This document shows, one piece after another, positions 36,920 to 46,733 of a stretch of 64,000 nt of DNA. Position 1 is the first letter of the stretch; each line of letters starts with the position of its first letter. The translations under genes were made by a program, and so were the position numbers. Origin of the DNA: Enhydrobacter aerosaccus (GTDB lineage: Bacteria; Pseudomonadota; Alphaproteobacteria; Reyranellales; Reyranellaceae); assembly GCA_903839865.1 (NCBI GenBank), contig CAIMEE010000596.1, positions 8,493-72,492 of the forward strand, given 5' to 3'. The notes below the pieces were generated by a model. The model was not told where the DNA came from. It did no database searches and worked only from the letters and a program-made list of their open reading frames with translations.

Positions 36920-38466
36920 GCAGCCCCTTCCACCGCAGATTGGGCGCCGGCCATCATCATCCCGAGCTGCCGTTCGTTCGCCGTCGCCGCGTCGACCTCG
37001 CCCACGATCCGGCCGGCGAACATCACCAGGATGCGGTCGGCGACCGACAGGATTTCTTCCAGCTCGACCGACACCACCAGAACGGCACAGCCGGCATCGC
37101 GGCTCTTCACCAGCTCGCGGTGGATGAACTCGATCGCGCCGATATCGACGCCCCGCGTCGGCTGGCCGACCAGCAGTATCTTGGGCGCCTGGTCCATCTC
37201 GCGCGCCAGCACCAGCTTCTGCTGGTTGCCGCCCGAGAAGCTGCCCGAGCGCAGGTCGGGCGCGCGCGGGCGCACGTCGAAGCGCTGCATCAGCTCGGTA
37301 CAGTGTTTGCCGACGGCGGGACGATCGATCAGCCAGTAATTCGAAAACGGCTCGTCCTCGTGATAGCCCAGGATCGAGGTCTCGCTGGCGCGGAAGTCTG
37401 CCACCATGCCCTGGCGCAGCCGGTCCTCCGGCACGTGCGCAAGGCCAAGCTCCCGCATCTCGGCAGGATCGACCGGATGTTCGACGTCGACCGCACGGCC
37501 ACAGATCTCGAGCCTGCCGCTTGTCGGCGGGCGAATGCCGGCCAGAACCTGCAGCAGTTCGGTCTGGCCATTGCCCGAGACGCCGGCGATGCCGACGATC
37601 TCGCCGGCGCGCAACTCGATCCTGATGTCGTCGAGCAGGCGCACGCCGCGCGCATCGACCAGCGACAGATGCTCGGTGCGGAGCACGACAGCGCCGTGGC
37701 CGGGCGGCCCCTTGTCGAGACGCATCAGCACCTTGCGGCCGACCATGAGCTCGGCCAGCTCCTCGGGATTGGTGTCGGAGGTGGCGCGGCCAGCCACGAT
37801 CTCACCCTGACGCATGACGTAGACGGTGTCCGTCGCCGCCATGATCTCGCGCAATTTGTGGGTGATCAGCACGACGGCGACACCGCGCTCCTTCAGAGTC
37901 ACGAGAATCCTGAACAACTGATCGGTTTCCTGCGGCGTCAGCACGGCGCTTGGCTCGTCGAGGATCAGGATGCTCGCGCCGCGAAACAGCACCTTCAGGA
38001 TCTCGACCCTTTGCTGTTCGCCAACCGACAAATCCGCGACCAGCGCGTCGGGATCGATCGTCAGCCCATACTCGCGGCTGAGCCTTCCCAGCTCGGCGCG
38101 CGCCGCCGCCCGGCCATTCGCTAGCAGTGCACCGCCCTCGGCGCCCAGTACCAGGTTCTCCAGCACCGTGAAGCTGTCGATCAGCATGAAATGCTGATGC
38201 ACCATTCCGATGCCGTGGGCGATGGCGTCGCGTGGACTATCCATCTGCATGGCCTTGCCGCCGACCAGGATCTCTCCTGCATCGGCGCGATAGAGTCCGT
38301 AGAGGATGCTCATCAAGGTCGACTTGCCGGCGCCGTTTTCACCCACGATGCCGGTGATCGTGCCCGCCTCGATGCGTATCGACACGCCGCGCACGGCGTG
38401 GACGCTGCCGAAAGACTTGTCGATTGACCTCAGTTCGATCGCCGCGCCCGGCGTCAGTACTTGCAC
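36916..38466 (-). CDS. Nucleoside ABC ATPase (two-domain)
   Basis: GENGAGKST, MVHQHFML, SGGNQQK, QPTRGVD. Confidence 0.93.
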   Translation of the reverse strand: MQVLTPGAAIELRSIDKSFGSVHAVRGVSIRIEAGTITGIVGENGAGKSTLMSILYGLYRADAGEILVGGKAMQMDSPRDAIAHGIGMVHQHFMLIDSFTVLENLVLGAEGGALLANGRAAARAELGRLSREYGLTIDPDALVADLSVGEQQRVEILKVLFRGASILILDEPSAVLTPQETDQLFRILVTLKERGVAVVLITHKLREIMAATDTVYVMRQGEIVAGRATSDTNPEELAELMVGRKVLMRLDKGPPGHGAVVLRTEHLSLVDARGVRLLDDIRIELRAGEIVGIAGVSGNGQTELLQVLAGIRPPTSGRLEICGRAVDVEHPVDPAEMRELGLAHVPEDRLRQGMVADFRASETSILGYHEDEPFSNYWLIDRPAVGKHCTELMQRFDVRPRAPDLRSGSFSGGNQQKLVLAREMDQAPKILLVGQPTRGVDIGAIEFIHRELVKSRDAGCAVLVVSVELEEILSVADRILVMFAGRIVGEVDAATANERQLGMMMAGAQSAVEGAA

Positions 38467-39458
38467 GTATTGTTGCTCATATAATCGTGGACGTTGATCT
38501 TGCCCGCGATGATGTCGACTTTCGCAGCCTCGACCCTGGCTTTCATGTCGGCGGTGATCAGTTTCTCATTGTATTCGTCGAGCGCCCAGTCGACGCCGCC
38601 CTCCTTGAGGCCCAGCACCTGAGTGCCGCCCTTCCACGACCCATCGTCGGCCGCCTTGAAGCTGCGATAGGTCGCGAGATCGACCCGCTTCAGCATCGAG
38701 GTCAGCATCGTGCCGGGATGGAGATAATCCTGGTTGGAATCGACGCCGATGCCCAGCTTGCCGCGATCCTTCGCGGCCTGAAGGATGCCAATGCCCGTAG
38801 AACCGGCGGCCGCATAGACCACGTCGACGCCTCGATCGAACTGGCCCTTGGCGAGCTCGGCACCGCGGCCGGGATCGTTCCACGCCGCCGGAGTCGTACC
38901 GGTCATGTTGGAGATCAGCTCGGCCTTCGGGTTGGCGAACTTGATGCCCTGCTCGAAGCCGCACTGGAAGCGCCGCACCAGCGGAATGTCCATGCCACCC
39001 ACGAAGCCGACTTTGCCGCTCTGCGACGCCATCGCCGCGAGCATGCCGACCAGGAACGACCCTTCCTGCTCCTTGAAGACGATCGACTGGACGTTGGGCA
39101 AGTCGACGATCGAGTCGATGATGGTGAAGTGCAGGTTGGGGAATTCCTTGGCGACCTTGGTGAGCGCCACGGCCTGCGAGAAGCCGACGGCGATGATCGG
39201 ATCCTGGCCACGTTGGGCAAAACGCCGCTGGGCCTGCTCGAACTGCGTCTCGTTGGCCGGCTCAAACTCCGCAACGGCGCTCGAGGTCTCCTTCTTGAAT
39301 TTCTCAACGCCGGTGCTGACACCTTCGTTGAAGGATTTGTCGAACTTGCCGCCGGTGCTGTAGATGACCGCCGGCTTGATCGCGGTCTGCGCCTCGCTCA
39401 ACGTCGCCGCGCCCGTCAGCGCCAGCAATGCGGCGAACGGTACGATCCACTTATTCAT
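38454..39458 (-). CDS. BMP family nucleoside-binding protein
   Basis: GGKFDKSFN, GFVGGMD, IGVDSNQ, SMLKRVD. Confidence 0.93.
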   Translation of the reverse strand: MNKWIVPFAALLALTGAATLSEAQTAIKPAVIYSTGGKFDKSFNEGVSTGVEKFKKETSSAVAEFEPANETQFEQAQRRFAQRGQDPIIAVGFSQAVALTKVAKEFPNLHFTIIDSIVDLPNVQSIVFKEQEGSFLVGMLAAMASQSGKVGFVGGMDIPLVRRFQCGFEQGIKFANPKAELISNMTGTTPAAWNDPGRGAELAKGQFDRGVDVVYAAAGSTGIGILQAAKDRGKLGIGVDSNQDYLHPGTMLTSMLKRVDLATYRSFKAADDGSWKGGTQVLGLKEGGVDWALDEYNEKLITADMKARVEAAKVDIIAGKINVHDYMSNNTCKY

Positions 39459-39564
39459 TTCGGTCCCCTATGCCTCGAGACAAGTGTGGACCGGCCCGCG
39501 TTGGCGGTCTAGGCGGGTTATGCGGCATGGGACTTGCACCAAACCGTCGCACCGGAGAGGAAAA

Positions 39565-41010
39565 ATGGCCGACTACGAACTCGTGATCCGCAACACCACC
39601 ATCGCCACGGCGTCCGACGTTGTGAAGGGCGACATCGGTATTTCCGGCGGCCGGGTAATCGCGCTGGGTGAACGGCTCGACAAAGGTCAGCGCGAGATCG
39701 ATGCGACGGATTTGATCGCCGTGCCGGGCGGCATCGATGCCCATGTCCATTTCGACCAAGACACGGCCGACGGCTCGGTCTTCTGCGACGATTTCGAGAG
39801 CGGCAGCCGCGCCGCCGCGGCGGGCGGCACGACGACCATCATTCCCTTCGCCTACCAGAGCAAGGGCCAGTCGCTGCGCGATGCCGTGAACAAGTATCAC
39901 GCGCGCGCCAACGACAAGTCGCTGATCGACTACGCCTTCCACGTGATCCTGTCCGATCCCGCCGAGAAGACCATGGGTCAGGATTTCCCCGCGCTCGTGG
40001 CCGATGGCTACACGTCCTACAAGATCTACATGACCTACGACGACGTGAAGCTCAGCGACCGGCAGATGCTTGACGCGCTGGCCGCCGCACGCCGCGAGCA
40101 GGCCATGCTGATGATCCATGCCGAGAACTCCGACTGCATCGAATGGATCACCGAGCGGCTCGAATGGAAGGGCATGACGGCCGCCAAGTTCCACGCCACG
40201 TCGCGGCCCTTCGTGGTCGAGCGTGAGGCCACGCATCGCGCGATCTCGCTGGCCGAACTGCTCGACGTGCCGATGCTGCTGGTCCACGTCTCGGCCAAGG
40301 AAGCCATGCACGAGATCCAGCGCGCCCAGGCGCGCGGCCTCAAGGTCTACGGCGAGACCTGTCCCCAGTACCTGTTCCTGAGCGAAGAGGATTTCGAGAA
40401 GCCCGGCGACGAAGGCAGCAAGTGCGTCTGCTCGCCGCCGCCGCGCGGCACCGACAACCAGGAGCATATCTGGACCGGCCTGTCGGCCAACACGTTCCAG
40501 GTGCTGTCATCGGACCATGCAGCGTTCAAGTACAACGACGTGCGCGGCAAGAAGCTGCCCGGCGCCGACAAGAGCTTCCGCAAGATCCCCAACGGCGTGC
40601 CCGGCGTCGAGACACGCCTGCCGCTGCTTTTCTCGGAGGGCGTGAACAAGGGCCGCATCACCCTGCAGCAGTTCGTGGCGCTGGCCTCGACCAACGCCGC
40701 CAAGATCTACGGCCTGCATCCGCGCAAGGGCACGATCGCCGTCGGCTCGGATGCCGACATCGTGCTGTGGGATCCGAAGAAGAAGGTGTCCCTCACCAAC
40801 TCGATCCTCCACCACAATTGCGACTACACCCCGTACGAGGGCCGCGAGCTCACGGGCTATCCGGTGATGACGCTCTCGCGTGGTCAGGTCGTGATGGATC
40901 AGGGCAGGATGAGCGGTTCGGCCGGCCGCGGCGTCTTCCAGAAGTGCGACCGTCCCGAGCCGGCGCGCCCGCGCGGCAAGCCGCTCATTGATCCATCGAT
41001 TTTCAATTAA
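39565..41010 (+). CDS. hydA: Dihydropyrimidinase / D-hydantoinase
   Basis: PGGIDAHVH, KIYMTY, HAEN, CSPP, SSDH, PNGVPG; start MADYELV at 39565 after AGAGG. Confidence 0.92.
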   Translation: MADYELVIRNTTIATASDVVKGDIGISGGRVIALGERLDKGQREIDATDLIAVPGGIDAHVHFDQDTADGSVFCDDFESGSRAAAAGGTTTIIPFAYQSKGQSLRDAVNKYHARANDKSLIDYAFHVILSDPAEKTMGQDFPALVADGYTSYKIYMTYDDVKLSDRQMLDALAAARREQAMLMIHAENSDCIEWITERLEWKGMTAAKFHATSRPFVVEREATHRAISLAELLDVPMLLVHVSAKEAMHEIQRAQARGLKVYGETCPQYLFLSEEDFEKPGDEGSKCVCSPPPRGTDNQEHIWTGLSANTFQVLSSDHAAFKYNDVRGKKLPGADKSFRKIPNGVPGVETRLPLLFSEGVNKGRITLQQFVALASTNAAKIYGLHPRKGTIAVGSDADIVLWDPKKKVSLTNSILHHNCDYTPYEGRELTGYPVMTLSRGQVVMDQGRMSGSAGRGVFQKCDRPEPARPRGKPLIDPSIFN

Positions 41011-41681
41011 TTGGCGGGCTTGTACTGCTCCATGTACGCCAGCACCTCGGCCACCGGAAGAACGTCGGCGTACTTCAGGCTCATGTCGTAAAGGTTGGCG
41101 AAGTGCGGGCTCTCGTGCTTGTCCGAGACGCACTCCTCGGGAACGATCGTGCGGAAGCTGCGCGAGAGGCTATCCACGACGGTGGCGCGCACGCAGCCCG
41201 AGGTCGAACCGCCGGTCACGACGACCGTATCTATGCGATGGAAGGTAAACAGCGAGCCGAGGTTGGTCTCGAAGAAGGCCGAGGCCATGCGTTTGTTGAT
41301 CACGATGTCGCGCGAGCGATCGATCTCGCAGCGGTCGTCGAACTCGGCACGGCGCGAGCCGACCTTTACGTTCTGCAATGAATCGGGCGTGTCCGTTCGC
41401 GTGCCCCAGATGCCGCAATCCTCGCCTGACTCGAGATAGGCCACGTGCGTCCAGATCACCGGGCAGCCGTGCGCGCGGAACAGGCGGGCAAGCGCATTCA
41501 CGTATTCGATCTGGCGGGGATCGGTCTCGTAGGCCGTCACGAACTCCGACGGCCGCGTATAGGCGTTCTGGAGATCGACGTTCACCAGCGCGGGCTTGCG
41601 GCCGAAGCCGAAGCGCCTCCGGTTCGGATTGGCCTGCACTTCGCGAAAGAGGTCGCGCGCAGATTTGTTCGAGGTTTCCAT
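41007..41681 (-). CDS. Isochorismatase-family cysteine hydrolase (N-carbamoylsarcosine amidase/NicF-like)
   Basis: FGFGRKPALVNVD, K..ASAFFET, GGSTSGCVRATVVD triad motifs; start overlaps the upstream TGA. Confidence 0.9.
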   Translation of the reverse strand: METSNKSARDLFREVQANPNRRRFGFGRKPALVNVDLQNAYTRPSEFVTAYETDPRQIEYVNALARLFRAHGCPVIWTHVAYLESGEDCGIWGTRTDTPDSLQNVKVGSRRAEFDDRCEIDRSRDIVINKRMASAFFETNLGSLFTFHRIDTVVVTGGSTSGCVRATVVDSLSRSFRTIVPEECVSDKHESPHFANLYDMSLKYADVLPVAEVLAYMEQYKPAN

Positions 41682-44530
41682 CACCCGAAGCGACTGAGCA
41701 AATACGGGGCCACCGGCAGGCTGGTCTGGCGGCCGGTGATCATTTCCGCCGTGAGCCGCGACAGGACCGGCGCCAAAGTATAGCCGTTGGAACTGACGCA
41801 GTTGTAGAAGCCCGGGAGGCCCGGCACTTCGCCCAGGATCGGCGCACGGTCGATGTTTACGTTCATGCCGGCCCAGATGCGGATGGCATGCAGATCCGCG
41901 AGTGCCGGCACCGCGCGCGCGGCGATCCAGAGATTGCCCTCGACACTCGAGCGCAAGGCCCGCGAGAGCTTCTGCTTCTCGTCGAGGCCGGCCGTCCAGC
42001 CACCGCCGATCATGAAGGCGCCCGACGTCATCTGCTTCAGGGTGAGATGGCGGCCGGTATAGGCCACCAGCCGCGTGAGCGTGGGCGCGGTCGGCTCGGT
42101 GACGATCATCTGCAAGGGGGCCGCGCGCACCGGGATGTTGATACCCACTAGCTTCGCCGTCTCCGCGGCCCACGGGCCCGAGGCGTTGACGATCCGCTTG
42201 CACAGGATCTCGCCGCGACTCGTCTTGACGCGGTAGCCGGTGCCGTCGCGCTCGATCGCCTGGACGTTGCTGCCGCGCCGGAAGCGCGCGCCCATTTCCT
42301 GCGCCTTGGCCACGACGGCGTAGGTGCCCTTGAGCGGATTGATCTTGCCCTCGCCCGGGCACCATTCGGCGGCAATGGCAACGTCGCCGATTCCGGGTTC
42401 TAGTTGGCGCAATTCGTTGGCGCCGATCATCTCGGCTTCGATGCCGCGACTCTTCTCGAGCGCGATCTTGCCCTTCAGGATTTCGACGTCGCGCGCGGTC
42501 TCGGCCAGCATCAGGCCGCCGGTAATCTTGATCTCGAGGTCCTGGCCAGTGTCGCGCTGGATCTCCTGCCATAGCGTGATCGAGGCCGGCCCGAGCGGCA
42601 GCGTGTCCGCCGCGCGGTTCGGTCCGACGGGCGCGCTACCGGTGAAGTCGAAGGCCAGCAACTGCACATGCAGGCTGCCGGCGTTGGCGCCGGACGCCTG
42701 CAGGTTCACCTCGTCGCGCTCGACGACCATGGTGTCGATGCCCTCGCGCGCCAGCCAGTAGGCGACGCAGGAGCCTGCGACGCCGCCGCCGATCACCACC
42801 GTGTCGACGGCGGCGACCGGCAGAGGTTCGACATCGTGCGGACGTGCCATGTTGGGCGGCACGAAATCGGTGTGGCCCGTCCACTCCGGCCGCTCGACCG
42901 TGAGGGCATGAATCGGCACTGGCTTCGCCGGCGGCCGGGGCGCGAACAGGCCGAATTCGTCGATCTCGCCGGGGCAGAGCCGGGCAATGATCGCCGCACA
43001 ATAGCGGCCCTGGCAGCGCCCCATGCCTGCGCGTGTCGCCCGCTTTACCGCAGCCGGCGTGTCATGACCCTCACGAATGTAGCCGCGCAGGTCGCCGGCA
43101 TTCAGTTCCTCGCAGCGGCAGACGATGGCGGCGTTGTCGATGCCGCGCGGCACGAGCGGCGCGCCCTTGAACAGACGCCAAAGTGCGTCCTGAAAGCGGC
43201 CGGCGCGCCGGATCGTGCGCTGCGCGGCACGCACGTCGGCTGCCCGCAAGCCGAGGTCGCGGGCGATCGCACCGGCCGCCAGCACACCCTGTGCCTGGGC
43301 CATGTGCGCGCCGCCGAAGCGGGCACCGTCGCCGATCGCGAACACCTCGGCGATGCTGGTCCGGCCCTCGGCGTCGGTCACCGTCTCCATCGAGCCCATG
43401 CCGCGCGCCACGAAGCGATGGCTGCATCCCAGCGAGCGCGCCAGTTCCGACGACGAGGCGAAGCCATAGCCCAACGCCACGATATCGGCGTCGATCGCGA
43501 GACCGCCCGCCTCCACCCGCCGCACCCGATCCTCGCCCAGAATGCGCGTCACCCGCCGGCGCCAATGCAGGACGCCCCTCAGGCGCCGCGTCAGCGCCAG
43601 GCCCTTCGCCGTCAGGATCGGGTCGGACCATGCGGCACGCGCGAGATGGGCGATATCGAAGAGACCGGGCCGCGGCGCCGACTCGAGAACAGCCACGACA
43701 TTGGCTCCCCCGTCGATCAGCTCGGCCGCCGTCTGCAGGCACAGGGGGCCGTTGCCTGCGATGACGATGCGCTGACCGGGCGCCACGCGATACGAACGCG
43801 CCAGCGTCTGAAGGCCGCCCACGGTCATCACGCCCGGCAGGGTCCAGCCGATCACCGGCATCGGCTGTTCGTAAGCGCCGGTCGCCAGCACCAGACGCTT
43901 GGGCCGAAAGAGTGTCGAGCGGCCGGCAACGATGGCGGCGACTTCGGTGGCTGAGAACGCGGCCCACACCGTCGTCTCGCCGATGAGGCGAACGCCGGCC
44001 TCCGCCGCCGAGCGGCGCAGCGACTCACCGTCGCGGAACTGGCGATCGAGGGCGGCGGCATCGGCGTCCACCGAGGGCGCCAGCGGCTTGAAATATTGAC
44101 CGCCCGGCAGCAGCCGCTCGTCAGCCACGATGACCTTGGCCCCGGCAAGGGCAAGTGCGCGCGCCGCCGACAGACCCGCCGGGCCAGCGCCCACGACAAG
44201 GACGTCGCATTCGATTTCCTCGGCAGCCCCCGGCGGCGGCAACTTGGTGCTGGCAACTGGCGCGGAGCGCACATCCATGCCGGGCTCGACCTTGGTGAGG
44301 CAGGCGCGCTGGTTGGGACGTCCGTCCACCGTCACCAGGCAGTCGAAGCACACGCCCATGCCGCAAAACGGCCCACGGGGAGCGCCTGAGCGGATTTGGC
44401 GCACGGCCACGACATCCGCCGCGGCCAGCGCCGCCGCCACCGTCTCGCCCGGCAGCGCCTCGATCGCCGTCCCGTCGAACGTGATCCGGACTGCCTCCAC
44501 GGGTCGCATTTTGGGGTGCTTCAGCCGCAT
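41681..44530 (-). CDS. Fused 2Fe-2S / FAD-NAD oxidoreductase / BFD / DAO-family amine oxidoreductase (HcnABC-, OoxAB-, D-Hyp dehydrogenase-like), 949 aa
   Basis: CGMGVCFDC...RAC; VVGAGPAG; LATGA; VCRCE...GMGRCQGRYC; VIGGGVAG...ASGANAGSLH...NGYTLAP. Confidence 0.88.
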   Translation of the reverse strand: MRLKHPKMRPVEAVRITFDGTAIEALPGETVAAALAAADVVAVRQIRSGAPRGPFCGMGVCFDCLVTVDGRPNQRACLTKVEPGMDVRSAPVASTKLPPPGAAEEIECDVLVVGAGPAGLSAARALALAGAKVIVADERLLPGGQYFKPLAPSVDADAAALDRQFRDGESLRRSAAEAGVRLIGETTVWAAFSATEVAAIVAGRSTLFRPKRLVLATGAYEQPMPVIGWTLPGVMTVGGLQTLARSYRVAPGQRIVIAGNGPLCLQTAAELIDGGANVVAVLESAPRPGLFDIAHLARAAWSDPILTAKGLALTRRLRGVLHWRRRVTRILGEDRVRRVEAGGLAIDADIVALGYGFASSSELARSLGCSHRFVARGMGSMETVTDAEGRTSIAEVFAIGDGARFGGAHMAQAQGVLAAGAIARDLGLRAADVRAAQRTIRRAGRFQDALWRLFKGAPLVPRGIDNAAIVCRCEELNAGDLRGYIREGHDTPAAVKRATRAGMGRCQGRYCAAIIARLCPGEIDEFGLFAPRPPAKPVPIHALTVERPEWTGHTDFVPPNMARPHDVEPLPVAAVDTVVIGGGVAGSCVAYWLAREGIDTMVVERDEVNLQASGANAGSLHVQLLAFDFTGSAPVGPNRAADTLPLGPASITLWQEIQRDTGQDLEIKITGGLMLAETARDVEILKGKIALEKSRGIEAEMIGANELRQLEPGIGDVAIAAEWCPGEGKINPLKGTYAVVAKAQEMGARFRRGSNVQAIERDGTGYRVKTSRGEILCKRIVNASGPWAAETAKLVGINIPVRAAPLQMIVTEPTAPTLTRLVAYTGRHLTLKQMTSGAFMIGGGWTAGLDEKQKLSRALRSSVEGNLWIAARAVPALADLHAIRIWAGMNVNIDRAPILGEVPGLPGFYNCVSSNGYTLAPVLSRLTAEMITGRQTSLPVAPYLLSRFG

Positions 44531-44565
44531 GCCAAAAGGTCTACAATGGTTCCAAGGAGTACGTC

Positions 44566-45480
44566 ATGAAGAAGTTTCGCGGAACTTACACCGTTCTGAT
44601 CACGCCTTTCACCGCCGACGGAAGGAAGGTCGACGAAGCGGCCCTGCGCCGGCTGGTCGACTTCCAGATCGACGAAGGCATCCACGGGCTGATTCCGCTC
44701 GGCAGCACCGGCGAGTTCCTGAGCGTGACGCCGGACGAGCGCCGCCAGATCGCCGAGATCGTGATCAGGCAGGCCGCCGGCCGGGTGCCGGTGCTGATCG
44801 GCACGGGCGCGGAATGGACCGACGAGGTCGTGCGCTCGAGCCGCGAGGCGGAGTCGCTGGGCGCCGACGGTGTCATGATCATTCCGCCCTTCTACAGCGT
44901 GCCGACCGACGACGAGCTCTATGCGCACTACAAGAAGGCCGCCGACGCGATCTCGATCCCGGTCATGGTCTACAACAATCCCGCAACCGCCAATGTCGAC
45001 ATGCTGCCCGAACTGATCGCGCGCATCGCCCAGATCCCGAACTGCTCCTACGTCAAGGAATCGACGCTCGATCCCACGCGCGTGCGCGACATCATCCGCC
45101 TGGCCGGCGACAAGATGACGGTGTTCGCGGGCGTCCTCGGCTACGAGTCGTTCTGGCTGGGCGCCGAGGGCTGGGTCGCGGTCTGCTCCAACGTGATCCC
45201 GCGCTGGTCGGCCGAGCTGTTCAACCTCGTGGCCGACAAGCGCGACATGGATGCGGCGCTGGCGCTCTACATGAAGATGACGCCGCTCTTATGGTGGGTC
45301 GGCGGTCCGCGCTATGTCTCAGGCACCAAGGCCGCCTTCGAGATGATGGGCATGCCCATGGGCCCGCCGCGCGCGCCGCGCCTGCCGCTGCCCGAGGCGC
45401 AACGTCCGGCGCTGCATGAAGTGCTGCGCAAGATGGGCGTGCTATCGGACGAGAAGAAGCGCGCCAGCGGCGGCCGCTGA
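44566..45480 (+). CDS. DHDPS/NAL family aldolase or deaminase
   Basis: GSTGEF, PPFY, VYNNP, Schiff-base KES. Confidence 0.9.
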   Translation: MKKFRGTYTVLITPFTADGRKVDEAALRRLVDFQIDEGIHGLIPLGSTGEFLSVTPDERRQIAEIVIRQAAGRVPVLIGTGAEWTDEVVRSSREAESLGADGVMIIPPFYSVPTDDELYAHYKKAADAISIPVMVYNNPATANVDMLPELIARIAQIPNCSYVKESTLDPTRVRDIIRLAGDKMTVFAGVLGYESFWLGAEGWVAVCSNVIPRWSAELFNLVADKRDMDAALALYMKMTPLLWWVGGPRYVSGTKAAFEMMGMPMGPPRAPRLPLPEAQRPALHEVLRKMGVLSDEKKRASGGR

Positions 45481-45693
45481 CAGCCGCCGGGTTTCCCGGG
45501 CTTTCCCGGCAGGGCAGGAAACGTTTGAGGCGATCGCATAAGGCCTTTAGGCGATTCCTTCCCGGATCCCCGCACCCTGAGAGAGAGGCGTCTGCGTGCC
45601 AGGCCGTGGAGCGGATATTTCTTGAGGCTCCGCGCTTGCTCGAAGTCTGGTAGCATCGGTTTGGGCTCTTCGCCTGGATTGGATTTTGACTCT

Positions 45694-46677
45694 ATGCATC
45701 GGCGGGCCTTCGTTTCCTATCTCCTTGGCTTAGCCGTGCCCTGGCCGCTCGCGGTCCTTGCGCAGCAGCCCGCGATGCCCGTGATCGGGTACTTCAGCAG
45801 TCGAGGGGCCGGCGACTCGGCCGTTTCGGTCAATGCATTCCGTAAAGCCTTGAATGCCGCCGGATATGTCGAAGGCAAGAACGTGGCGATCGAATATCGG
45901 TGGGCCGAGGGCAAGTATGAGCGCTTGCCGGCACTGGCGGCCGACTTGGTGAGCCGGCGGGTCGACGTACTGGTGGCGGCGGGCGGTGAGCCGGCGGCAG
46001 TTGCGGCAAAGGCGGCGACCTCCACCATTCCCATTGTTTTCGCGATCGGCGGCGACCCAGTCAAAGCCGGCCTGGCGTCCAGCTTCGGCCGTCCGGGTGG
46101 CAATATCACCGGGATCAGCCTGCTCACCACCGCGCCGGAAGCCAAGCGCCTGGGGATACTGCACGATCTCGCCCCCAAGGCCTCCGTGATCGGGGCGCTA
46201 ATCAACCCGAGCTATCAGGAAGCCGCTGCCCAGGCGCGTGAGCTTGAAGAAAGCGCCCACACGCTTGGCGTGAAGCTTCGGATCCTGCATGCAAAGAACC
46301 AGGAGGAATTGGACGGAGCGTTCGCGACTCTCGTGCAAGAACGGATCGATGCGCTGCTGGTGAGCGCCGATCCCTTCTTCGACACCAAGCGAGACCGTTT
46401 CGTTGCGTTCGCTGCACAAAACCGGTTGCCGGCGATTTATCAATTCCGCGAGGTCGCGGTTGCAGGCGGCTTGATGAGCTACGGGGTCAGCCTGCCGGAT
46501 GGCTATCGCTGGATGGGTGAGTACACCGCGCGGCTTCTCAAGGGCGCCAAGCCTGCTGACCTGCCGATCGTGCAGTCGGTCAAATTCGAGTTTGTCATCA
46601 ACCTCAGGACCGCCAGAGCGCTCGGCATCGAGGTTCCGCCATTGCTGATCGCCCGCGCCGACGAGGTGATCGAGTAA
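45694..46677 (+). CDS. Orphan ABC substrate-binding protein (ABC_sub_bind family)
   Basis: MHRRAF leader; GYVEGKNVAIEYRWAEG, RPGGNITG, GAKPADLP, ARADEVIE. Confidence 0.9.
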   Translation: MHRRAFVSYLLGLAVPWPLAVLAQQPAMPVIGYFSSRGAGDSAVSVNAFRKALNAAGYVEGKNVAIEYRWAEGKYERLPALAADLVSRRVDVLVAAGGEPAAVAAKAATSTIPIVFAIGGDPVKAGLASSFGRPGGNITGISLLTTAPEAKRLGILHDLAPKASVIGALINPSYQEAAAQARELEESAHTLGVKLRILHAKNQEELDGAFATLVQERIDALLVSADPFFDTKRDRFVAFAAQNRLPAIYQFREVAVAGGLMSYGVSLPDGYRWMGEYTARLLKGAKPADLPIVQSVKFEFVINLRTARALGIEVPPLLIARADEVIE

Positions 46678-46733
46678 GTGGGACTGCCAGGCCCAACTTC
46701 GGTTGATGACGCACGGACTTGTGACGTCACACC

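Noticed and set aside
41681-44530. Calling this hydrogen cyanide synthase
   Set aside because: The architecture is shared with opine and hydroxyproline dehydrogenases; the substrate cannot be assigned from sequence.
44566-45480. Calling this gene dapA
   Set aside because: Catabolic context and family-level motifs only; lysine-biosynthetic function is not supported.
45481-45693. 213-bp intergenic region with CTGAGA, possible TPP riboswitch or sRNA
   Set aside because: Other conserved TPP elements are absent and no convincing structure was seen; an Rfam scan would settle it.
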